A stretch of 38,013 nucleotides of DNA from Alphaproteobacteria bacterium (GTDB lineage: Bacteria; Myxococcota_A; UBA796; UBA2385): positions 1 to 38,013 of the forward strand of contig JBEIQK010000002.1 of the NCBI GenBank assembly GCA_040376505.1, written 5' to 3'. Positions within the stretch are counted from its first letter, which is position 1, and the number at the start of each line of letters is the position of its first letter. This document shows, piece after piece, positions 1 through 7,744 of this stretch. The position numbers and the translations under genes were made by a program. The notes beneath the pieces are model-generated. The model was not told the origin of the DNA. It searched no databases and saw nothing but the letters and a program-made list of their open reading frames with translations.

Positions 1-972
1 GACGCCGACTGCGACGACGCCGACATCGCCTACAACCCGGCCGCGCCGGAGGCCTGTGACGACCCCAATGACTACAACTGTGACGGCCTCGTGGAGTACG
101 CCGACGCCGACGGCGACGGCTACGCCGCCTGCACCGAGTGTGACGACAGCGACGCCAGCGTGAGCCCGGCGGGCGTGGAGATGTGTGACGGTGTCGACAA
201 CAACTGTGACGGCCTGATCGACGAACCCACCGCGGTGGACGCCTCGACCTGGTATGTCGACAGCGACTTCGACAACTACGGCAACCCCGCCATCAGCGAG
301 GTCTCCTGCGAGGCGCCGCTCGGCTACGTCGCCGACAACACCGACTGCAACGACGCCGACTCCGCCTTCTTCCCCGGCGCCGCCGAGGAGTGCGCCGAAG
401 AGATCGACTACAACTGCGACGGCTCCACCGGCTACGCCGACGCCGACGGCGACGGCTGGGCCGCCTGCCTGGAGTGCGACGACACCAACGCCGCCGTCAA
501 CCCCGACAAGACCGAGGTCTGCGACGAGATCGACAATGACTGCGACGGCACCGTCGATCAGGACGCCACCGACGCCGTGACCTGGTACATCGACCAGGAC
601 GACGACGGCCACGGCGTTGACAGCGAGACCACCACCGCCTGCACGCAGCCCGAGGGCTACGCCGGCGAGGCCGATGACTGCGACGACACGCGCGCCACCG
701 TCTCGCCCGAGGCCGAGGAGGTCTGCGACGACAGCCTCGACAACAACTGCGACGACCTCGTCGACGCCGAAGACGAAGCGGCCTGCCCCACCGAAGACAC
801 CGACGACACCAGCGTTGCCACCGATGACACCGCCGATGAAGACGTGAAGAACGACAAGGGCGGTGGCGGCAAGGGCGGCTGCGCCAGCCTCGGCGACACC
901 GGCGGTGAGGCCGGCCTGCTGCTGGGGGCCCTGGCCCTCGTCGCGGTCGGCCGTCGCCGCCGCCAGGGCTGA
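1..972 (+). CDS. Cell-surface protein with Cys/Asp-rich putative metal-binding (MopE-like) repeats and MYXO-CTERM-like sorting signal; 5' partial
   Basis: Frame 1 is open from base 1. Repeated DCDD...(N/F)PxAxExCDxxDNxCDG and WYxDxDxDG units. C-terminus GGGGKGGCAS...LLLGALALVAVGRRRR (Gly-Cys, hydrophobic helix, Arg cluster). Confidence 0.85.
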   Translation, partial: DADCDDADIAYNPAAPEACDDPNDYNCDGLVEYADADGDGYAACTECDDSDASVSPAGVEMCDGVDNNCDGLIDEPTAVDASTWYVDSDFDNYGNPAISEVSCEAPLGYVADNTDCNDADSAFFPGAAEECAEEIDYNCDGSTGYADADGDGWAACLECDDTNAAVNPDKTEVCDEIDNDCDGTVDQDATDAVTWYIDQDDDGHGVDSETTTACTQPEGYAGEADDCDDTRATVSPEAEEVCDDSLDNNCDDLVDAEDEAACPTEDTDDTSVATDDTADEDVKNDKGGGGKGGCASLGDTGGEAGLLLGALALVAVGRRRRQG

Positions 973-973
973 G

Positions 974-2065
974 CTAGGCCGCAGCGCCGCCGGGGGCGAA
1001 GGGCGCCCGGCGGGTCACCGTGAAGCCCAGCGCCCGGGCCGAGTCGAGCAGGGCCTCGAAGTCATGGGAGATGGTCGCCCCCGCCTTGGTGGTGACCTCA
1101 TCCTCGGTGGGCAGGTCGAAGTCATTGGCCCCGTAGGCGAGCCCGAGCAGCGCGTCGGCGTTTCGGGTGAGCACGCTGGTGCGCAGGTGGCGGATGTTGT
1201 CCAGGTAGATGCGGCAGACCGCCAGCCAGCGCAGGTACTCGGCGGTGCTGACCTCCTGGCCGCCGGCGGCGGTGTGGTAGGGCTTGTAGGTCCAGCACAA
1301 GAAGCTCGACAGCCGCCCGTTCACCTCGTCCTGGAAGCGCCGCAGGCGCTCGATGTGGGAGAGGCGCTCGGCGAGGCTCTCGTCGAAGCCGATGACCATG
1401 GTGGCCGTGGAGCCCAGGCCGGCGTCGAGGATGGCCCGCTGGGCGCTCAGGTAGTCCTCGACCTTGTACTTGGCCGGGCTGTGGCGCAGGCGGAAGCTGT
1501 CGGCCAGGATCTCGGCCCCGCCGCCGGTGATCCAGCGCGTGCCGGCCGCGGCGAAGCGGCGGGCGCCCTCGGCATAGGGCAGGCCGGTGCGCTTGGTCAC
1601 GAACATGAACTCGGCCACCGTCATCTCGTAGAACTCGATGGCGTCGGCGGCGTAGCGGGCCCGCAGCTTGGCGAAGAGCTCGGCGTAGTCCTCGATGCGG
1701 ATGTCGGGGTGAAAGCCGCCGTTAAAGCCCACCAGGGTGCCCCCGAGGCTGCGCAGGGCGTCGATGCGCTCACAGAGCTGCTCGTAGGAGAGCAGGTAGC
1801 TGCCCTGCTGGCCGGGGAGCTTGTAGAAGGCGCAGTAGTCGCAGCGGGCCACGCAGACGTTGGTGGTGTTGATGATGGCCATCACGAGGTAGGTCGCGAC
1901 GCCAGGCGCGTGGTAGCGGCCGCGCACCAGGGCGGCGAGCGCCTGGAGTTGGTCGTCGCTGGCCTCGGTGAAGAGGCGGCCGGCCTCGGCGATGTCGGCG
2001 CGACCGCCAGCCAGCAGCCGGGCGCGCAGGGTTTCGATCCATTCGGGGTCGGCAGACACGGGCAC
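974..2065 (-). CDS. mqnC: Radical SAM protein, CofH/MqnC family (probable cyclic dehypoxanthine futalosine synthase)
   Basis: INTTNVCVARCDYCAFY (CxxxCxxC), GGFHPD, GGGAEIL, STATMVIG, YLRWLAVCRIYLDNI and YGANDF, all typical of the CofH/MqnC/MqnE family. MqnC versus paralogs is not certain. Confidence 0.65.
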   Translation of the reverse strand: MPVSADPEWIETLRARLLAGGRADIAEAGRLFTEASDDQLQALAALVRGRYHAPGVATYLVMAIINTTNVCVARCDYCAFYKLPGQQGSYLLSYEQLCERIDALRSLGGTLVGFNGGFHPDIRIEDYAELFAKLRARYAADAIEFYEMTVAEFMFVTKRTGLPYAEGARRFAAAGTRWITGGGAEILADSFRLRHSPAKYKVEDYLSAQRAILDAGLGSTATMVIGFDESLAERLSHIERLRRFQDEVNGRLSSFLCWTYKPYHTAAGGQEVSTAEYLRWLAVCRIYLDNIRHLRTSVLTRNADALLGLAYGANDFDLPTEDEVTTKAGATISHDFEALLDSARALGFTVTRRAPFAPGGAAA

Positions 2066-2111
2066 CTCGCAGGGTGCGGGGGCCTAACCTGCCGAATAGG
2101 GGGGCCCCCCG

Positions 2112-3032
2112 ATGGCCAACGCCCCCCTCGTTCCCGCCGCTGACCCCCGTGGGGGCGTGCTGCGGATGCTGGCGGCCTCGATGGGCTTTGCGGCGATGGC
2201 GCTCTGCATCAGCCTCGCCCACCGGCGTGAACCCGGGCTCTCCACCCACATGAGCAGCTTCGTGCGGGCGGTGGTCAACACCCTGGCCCTGCTGCCCCTC
2301 GCTGGCTTCGATCGGCGGCGGCTCCTCGGCGATGGGCGCATGGCGCTGTGGGTGCGCGGGCTCTCCGGCGGTGCGGCCCTGGGCACCTACTTCGCCGCCC
2401 TGCCGCGCATCGGCATGGGCGAGGCGGCCTTCTTGAACCAGACGAGCGCCGTTTGGGTGGCGGCCCTGGCCCCCTCGGTGCTGGGCGAGCCGAGCCGGGC
2501 GGTGGTGTGGATCGCCATCGCCGCTTCGCTGGTGGGCATGGGCCTGCTCGGCCACCCCCGCGAGGGGGGCAGCGACGCCGTCGGCCGCCTGTTGGGCGCG
2601 GTGAGCGGCCTCGCGGCAGCCAGCGCCTACCTCTCGGTGCGGCGGGCCTCGCAGAGCAACGGCCCGGTCGCGATCGTCTTCTACTTCACCTTTACGGCGA
2701 GCCTGATCTCGGGGGGGCTGGCCTGGCTCAGCGGCGCGTCTCTGCCCGCCGATGCGGTCACCGCCGCCCTCCTCGTGGCGGCTGGCTTGCTGGCCACGGT
2801 GGCCCAACTGTGGATGACCGAGGCCTACCGGCGGGCCCCGGCGGCCCTGGCCTCGGCGACGGCGGCGGCGGGCCCCTTTCTGTCCACGCTGCTGGGCATC
2901 GGCTTTCTCGGACAGGTGCCCGACGCCCTGGGCTGGGTGGGGATGGGGGTGCTGGGGGTGGCCGCCATCGCCATTCCCCTGCTCACCGGTGCGGCTCAGG
3001 CGCCGAAGAGCGCGAGCCCGCCGCCATCGTAG
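2112..3032 (+). CDS. DMT/EamA family transporter
   Basis: 306 aa, about 10 hydrophobic helices in two repeats, with LGE and GFLGQVP-type helix ends. Confidence 0.85.
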   Translation: MANAPLVPAADPRGGVLRMLAASMGFAAMALCISLAHRREPGLSTHMSSFVRAVVNTLALLPLAGFDRRRLLGDGRMALWVRGLSGGAALGTYFAALPRIGMGEAAFLNQTSAVWVAALAPSVLGEPSRAVVWIAIAASLVGMGLLGHPREGGSDAVGRLLGAVSGLAAASAYLSVRRASQSNGPVAIVFYFTFTASLISGGLAWLSGASLPADAVTAALLVAAGLLATVAQLWMTEAYRRAPAALASATAAAGPFLSTLLGIGFLGQVPDALGWVGMGVLGVAAIAIPLLTGAAQAPKSASPPPS

Positions 3033-3502
3033 CCGGCGACCTTCACCGAGAAGTCGGTGCGCTTGGTACACTTCTTCAGGAAGTCGGCGATGGCCGGGTC
3101 CATCGGGGTGGCCGGGCTGCGCTTGACCTGGTCGAGGGCGATCATGCGGGTGAAGCCGGGATCGTGGAAGAAGCGGCAGCTCACGTTGAGCACCTCGTAG
3201 AGGTTCTCCCACAGGCCCTCGTCGAGCTTGTTGGAGCGCTTGGCCTGCTGCACGACGAAGGGCGGGAAGAGGGCGAGGCAGGCGCCGAAGGCGACCGACA
3301 GGCCGAAGTCGGCGACGGCGACGCCGACGAGCTGGCCGTCTTCGGCCTTGTAGGAGGCGTAGACGAGGTCGTCTTTGGGGCCCGTGGCCACGCGGCCGGT
3401 CTTCAGCACCGTCACCGGCCGGCCCAGCAGCGCGTTGTAGAAGTCCTGCACGGGGCGAACTTCGGGGGCCTTGTAGTGGTAGATCGAGGTCTCTGCAGCC
3501 AT
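2996..3502 (-). CDS. Conserved hypothetical protein, putative CheX/CheC-like phosphatase
   Basis: 168 aa with ENLYEVLNV (ExxN motif), directly downstream of a CheY-like gene; AAGGAG RBS upstream. Confidence 0.55.
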   Translation of the reverse strand: MAAETSIYHYKAPEVRPVQDFYNALLGRPVTVLKTGRVATGPKDDLVYASYKAEDGQLVGVAVADFGLSVAFGACLALFPPFVVQQAKRSNKLDEGLWENLYEVLNVSCRFFHDPGFTRMIALDQVKRSPATPMDPAIADFLKKCTKRTDFSVKVAGYDGGGLALFGA

Positions 3503-3544
3503 GGGGTGCTCCTTGTGCGGCGGTCGTGGCGGGGGGGGTCACCC

Positions 3545-3583
3545 AAAACGAAGCCGGGTGGAGGCCAGGGATGGCTCCACCCG
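3545..3583 (-). terminator. Probable intrinsic terminator hairpin between the cheY-like and cheX-like genes
   Basis: Minus strand reads CGGGTGGAGCCA-TCCC-TGGCCTCCACCCG followed by GCTTCGTTTT. Confidence 0.5.
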
Positions 3584-3615
3584 CGATGCTCTGTTTTTGT
3601 CTCAATCCCCGGGAA

Positions 3616-3978
3616 TCAGCGCAGGAGAGGGCGCAGGACCTCCTGGAAGGTCTCGGGGGTGAAGGGCTTGGCGATCAGGAAGAGGGCGCCGGACTGACGG
3701 GCCCGCTCGTGCATCTCGGGCGTGGACTGCGAGGTGATGAAGCCAAAGCGCGTGGCGTTCTTGGCGCCGCGCAGGGCCACCAGGAGGTCGAGGCCGGACA
3801 TGCCGGGCATGTTCCAGTCGGAGAGGATGAGGTCAACCTTCTCCTTGGAGAGCAGGGTGAGGGCCTCGTTTCCGGACTCCGCTTCGGCCACGTCGACCGC
3901 CTCAAAGCCGGCCTGGCGAAGGGTGCGCCGAACAATCATCCGCATCGTCTTGCTGTCATCCACAATCAACACCTTCAT
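3616..3978 (-). CDS. Single-domain response regulator, CheY-like
   Basis: True start MKVLIVDDS at 3978 with AGGAGGT RBS; LILSDWNMPGMSG (phosphoacceptor Asp), FITS, AKPF; 120 aa. Confidence 0.92.
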   Translation of the reverse strand: MKVLIVDDSKTMRMIVRRTLRQAGFEAVDVAEAESGNEALTLLSKEKVDLILSDWNMPGMSGLDLLVALRGAKNATRFGFITSQSTPEMHERARQSGALFLIAKPFTPETFQEVLRPLLR

Positions 3979-4204
3979 GACGACCTCCTGAACTCCCGGC
4001 GAGGTGCGCGGCGACCGCGGGGCCACCGACTGGCCCTTCGCGCTCGCTTCGCTGCCGCGCCGCTGCTGAGTAAGAGGTGGATCGGAATTGGCTGGCCGGA
4101 CAATAGGGGCGACGCCACAAAGCTGGAACCTCGGCCGGAGATCGGCGGCGCGGCGGGCGCGGCCATCGGTTAGGGGCGGCCGCCGTCTCGCTGGAGCTGT
4201 CGTC

Positions 4205-4972
4205 ATGGCCCATCCCCGCGCTGTTGTTGCCCTCCTCCCTGCCCTGCTGGCCGCGCTTGGCGGCTGCAAGAGCCCGGTGGGCATCTGGATGGTCAAGTTT
4301 GAGGCCGGCGAGTCCGCCTGCGTCGACGCCTTCGATCACAATTTCCTGGTGGGCTACACGCCGGAGGGCGAGGTGGTCGATCCCTCCTGGGTCAGCACCG
4401 ATGTGACCGATGGAAGCCCGGCCCTGGCCTTTGTCCAGATCGAGACCACCACCGAGGGCGAAGGCCTGATGCTCTTCGGCGACGAGGCCTGGCCCGGCAA
4501 GGGCGCCGAAGACAAGTGGACCTTCGCCTGGACCCGCCAGGGCGCCACCACCCACACCGACGAGCACCGTACCGGCTACTACTACCAGGTGGTAGAGGAG
4601 ACCGAAGAGGTCGAGGAGCTGGTGCTCTCCTTCGACGGCGACACCGCGGTGGGCGAGCTCGGCGGGCAGACCACGGCCCTGCAGCGCTGGGCCGAGTCCG
4701 ACACCTGGAACGCCGAGGTCGAGGCCACGGTCACCGCCACCGGCCAGATCCCCTCGGCCACCTACCTGCTCACCGATGATCCCGTGCTGGGCACGCCCGT
4801 GGCCCTCAACAACGCTAGCGCCATCGACGACTGCGACGGCGAGGTTTGCCAGATGGGTCTGTCTACGGTCTGCAAGGGCACCCAGCGGGTCACCGCCACC
4901 CGCACCGACTACGACAGCGAAGAGGCCTACCGCCAGCTCTCCGCCGCTGGGCAGGCCGCTGGCGCCCCCTGA
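4205..4972 (+). CDS. Hypothetical acidic lipoprotein
   Basis: ATG at 4205, signal peptide ending LLAALGGC (lipobox), GC3-rich codon usage, acidic beta-rich mature part. Confidence 0.7.
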   Translation: MAHPRAVVALLPALLAALGGCKSPVGIWMVKFEAGESACVDAFDHNFLVGYTPEGEVVDPSWVSTDVTDGSPALAFVQIETTTEGEGLMLFGDEAWPGKGAEDKWTFAWTRQGATTHTDEHRTGYYYQVVEETEEVEELVLSFDGDTAVGELGGQTTALQRWAESDTWNAEVEATVTATGQIPSATYLLTDDPVLGTPVALNNASAIDDCDGEVCQMGLSTVCKGTQRVTATRTDYDSEEAYRQLSAAGQAAGAP

Positions 4973-4980
4973 TCGGGGCT

Positions 4981-5940
4981 TCAGTCGACGATGAAGCGTA
5001 CCCGCGGCCCGGCTTCGACGGTGAGGAGCTGGCCGCAGCGCAGAAAGTCGCCGTCGAGCATGTAGGACTGCGGCTCATCGGCCTCGATGGTGAAGCGGCG
5101 CGTGACCGACTCGATCACGTCGGGGCGGTTCCAGGTAAGGCCCATGCGCATGCGTGGCAGGGCGGCCACCACGGTGGAGGGCGGGCCGCAGATGCCGATC
5201 ATGTGCATGTGATCGGGGTGCTCCAGGGCGCGCATGAAGGGCCGAAAGCCGAGCCCGATGTCGGCCATGGTGCCGGCCGCCACCGCGGCGTAGGCCTCGG
5301 GGCCCCAGGGCTGGCCGTCGACCTTGACCCGGCAGGGCAGGGGCTTGAACATGTTTTTGGCGAATTCGCTGCCGGTGATCACGCTCCAGATGGCGCGGGC
5401 GATGGTCTTCACGGCCTTCCAGGGCCCCTCGCCGCCGCCCTCGTAGTAGGCCTCCAAGAAGCGCGACAGCACGCCATTGCCGAAGAGGCAGCCCGCCTCC
5501 TCGCCGTTCACCACGATCAGGTTGCGCTCGACCGTCTTGAAGGGGGCCTCGCTGTAATACTGGTTGACGATGCGCCCCAGCAGCACATCGCCGCCCTGCT
5601 TGAGCCCGATGTTGCGGGCCATCGTGTTCATCGTGCCCCCCTTCAAGATGCCGATCAGCGGCAGGCGCACGGCGCGCAGGTCGCGGCCGGTCTTGCCGTC
5701 GGCGTAGACCCGCACCAGCGAGGAGAGCAGCTTGTGAACGGTGCCGTCGCCGCCGTTGACGCAGATGATGTCGACGTCGCGGGCCCGCAGGTCGCGCACC
5801 ACATCTTCGAGGCGGTCGAGGCCGTCGGGCTGGGCCAGCTCGCCCTTCTCGCCCAGCACAAAGGCGAGGCGGCGCACCAGCTCGGGGTTCTTCTTGTTGC
5901 GTCCGCTGCGCGGGTTGCTGACGACGGCGATGCCAGGCAT
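4981..5940 (-). CDS. Diacylglycerol/lipid kinase family protein (DAGK-like)
   Basis: VVSNPRSG, NGGDGT, ILKGGTMNTMAR, YMLDGD motifs. Confidence 0.88.
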   Translation of the reverse strand: MPGIAVVSNPRSGRNKKNPELVRRLAFVLGEKGELAQPDGLDRLEDVVRDLRARDVDIICVNGGDGTVHKLLSSLVRVYADGKTGRDLRAVRLPLIGILKGGTMNTMARNIGLKQGGDVLLGRIVNQYYSEAPFKTVERNLIVVNGEEAGCLFGNGVLSRFLEAYYEGGGEGPWKAVKTIARAIWSVITGSEFAKNMFKPLPCRVKVDGQPWGPEAYAAVAAGTMADIGLGFRPFMRALEHPDHMHMIGICGPPSTVVAALPRMRMGLTWNRPDVIESVTRRFTIEADEPQSYMLDGDFLRCGQLLTVEAGPRVRFIVD

Positions 5941-6023
5941 GGGCGGCCTCCGGGGCGGCATCCTACACCGGTCGACCGCGGCCCGGCGATGGGCCGGGGC
6001 CCGGCGGTGGAGTAGGCTGGTCC

Positions 6024-6824
6024 ATGCTTCGCCGACTCCTGCGCGCCCTGACGCGCCCTCCTGCGCCGCCGCCTGCGCCCGCGGCCCCGCCGCCGGCTGC
6101 GCCCAAGGCCGTGGTCTCCGGCTGGCGCCTCGCCGATGAGGGCCTCGCCACCGTGGTCGACACCGACTTCGACGTGGACTTCGCCGCCGGCGGCGGGCTT
6201 GTGAGCCCAGCGCCCGGACTCTGGACCGGGCGGGTGCTGGGCGAGGTCTGGTGCCGCCGCCTGCGCCGAGAGGTCGAGCGCTGGGAGGCGGCGCGCCGCC
6301 GGGGCGAGGTGCGGCTGGAGCCGCCCAATTCCATGCACCAGTACGGCATCCCCTTGGAGGCCTTGGGCCTTGGCGAGCTCGGCTACGCCCTCTTCGCCGG
6401 CGAGCTGTGGGCCCGCGCCCTGCGGCTGCCTGGCGTGAGCGGCCCGCTCCACTCCGTCACCGGCTTTGTGGTGCGCTACGGCCACGAGGGAGACGACGCC
6501 CTGGCCCAGCATGTCGACGACGCCGACGCCACGCTCTCGCTCTGCCTCGACGATGCGTGCCAGGGCAGCGAGCTCGTGATGGAGGGGCTGCGCTGCGGCC
6601 TGCACCTCGACCACCCCCTCGGGCCGGGAGAGGGCTTCACCTACACCCACCGCGCCGGCTACGCCCTGCTGCACCCCGGCAAGCACCGGCACCGGGTGCT
6701 GCCGATCCGCCAGGGGAGCCGCTTGTCGCTGATCCTTTGGGCCCGGGGCCCCGACTCGCGGGCCCGCTTTGAGGCCGAGGCGGAGGCGGGGCGCTGCCCG
6801 CCCTGGTGCGGCGCCCGCCGATGA
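6024..6824 (+). CDS. 2OG-Fe(II) oxygenase, OGFOD2/ICU11-like
   Basis: PNSMHQYG, GFVVRY, HVDD (HxD), TLSLCL, GLRC, LHPGKHRH (distal His), GSRLSLILWAR (2OG-binding Arg). Confidence 0.8.
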   Translation: MLRRLLRALTRPPAPPPAPAAPPPAAPKAVVSGWRLADEGLATVVDTDFDVDFAAGGGLVSPAPGLWTGRVLGEVWCRRLRREVERWEAARRRGEVRLEPPNSMHQYGIPLEALGLGELGYALFAGELWARALRLPGVSGPLHSVTGFVVRYGHEGDDALAQHVDDADATLSLCLDDACQGSELVMEGLRCGLHLDHPLGPGEGFTYTHRAGYALLHPGKHRHRVLPIRQGSRLSLILWARGPDSRARFEAEAEAGRCPPWCGARR

Positions 6825-7708
6825 TCGCCAGTGCCCTGCGCCTCGCCCGGCCGACGATGGTGCCCTGGCTTTGGGGCATCGTGGCGGTGGGCTTTGGCTG
6901 GGCCCACTGGACAGAGTCCCGCGATCTGCTGCGCGGGCTCGACTTCCTCGGCCTGCTGATCGCCTGGGTGGCGGTGCACGCGGGCACCATGTGGTGGAAC
7001 GCCCTGCTCGATCAGGACGAAGGCGAGGTGCTCTTTGGCGAGCGGGCCGCGGTTCCGCCGGGGCTGCAGCGCCTCGCGGGCGGGGCGCTGGGCCTGGGCG
7101 CGGGGCTCGGCCTGCTGATCGATCGGGGGTCCGGGGCCTGCCTCGTCGGGGCGGCGGCCCTGGCCGTGCTCTACAGCCACCCCCGGGTGGCGGCCAAGGG
7201 GCACCCCATCGGCGGGCCGCTGGTCAACCTGCTCGGCTACGGCCTGCTGGCGCCGGCCTCGGGCTACCTGCTGATCCCCCAGGCCTGGGAGGCGCGCACC
7301 GGCGGCATGGCGGCCCTGCTGGCGCTGGGCATGTTGGGTCTGTACTTCCTCGCCCAGTCCTTTCAGCGCGAGGAGGACGCCGCCCGGGGCTACCGCACCC
7401 TCGTGGTGACCCATGGGCCGGCCGCCTGCGTATTGGCCGCCCGCGCCTGTATTCTGGGGGCGGGCCTCGTCTATGGGCTGCTGGCCCTGGGTGGAGAGGT
7501 GCCGGCCCTCACGGCGCTGCCGCTGCTCGCGGTGCCGCTGATCGCCGCGCGGATGGCCCCCACCGCCCGCGCCACCCGCGACACCCTCTTCTGGATGGGG
7601 GCCTGCCTGGGCCTGACCCTGGTGCTGGCCTCGATCGACCACCTCGCCTGCCTGCTCCGCGGGCTGCCCGGGGCCGGGCTTTGTGTGCGGGTGCGCCTCC
7701 CGCCCTAG
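6821..7708 (+). CDS. UbiA prenyltransferase family membrane protein
   Basis: ATG overlaps the upstream TGA (ATGA). LARP, WWNALLDQDEG (NxxxD), LYSHPRVAAKG, QREEDAARGYRTL motifs; multiple TM helices. Confidence 0.75.
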   Translation: MIASALRLARPTMVPWLWGIVAVGFGWAHWTESRDLLRGLDFLGLLIAWVAVHAGTMWWNALLDQDEGEVLFGERAAVPPGLQRLAGGALGLGAGLGLLIDRGSGACLVGAAALAVLYSHPRVAAKGHPIGGPLVNLLGYGLLAPASGYLLIPQAWEARTGGMAALLALGMLGLYFLAQSFQREEDAARGYRTLVVTHGPAACVLAARACILGAGLVYGLLALGGEVPALTALPLLAVPLIAARMAPTARATRDTLFWMGACLGLTLVLASIDHLACLLRGLPGAGLCVRVRLPP

Positions 7709-7744
7709 CGCGGCCGGATAGGGGAGGACATTCTGGAGGCCTCT

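Noticed and set aside
2099-2110. GGGGGGCCCCCC palindrome between the radical SAM and EamA genes
   Set aside because: Low complexity in GC-rich DNA; cannot be told from chance or a G-rich RBS.
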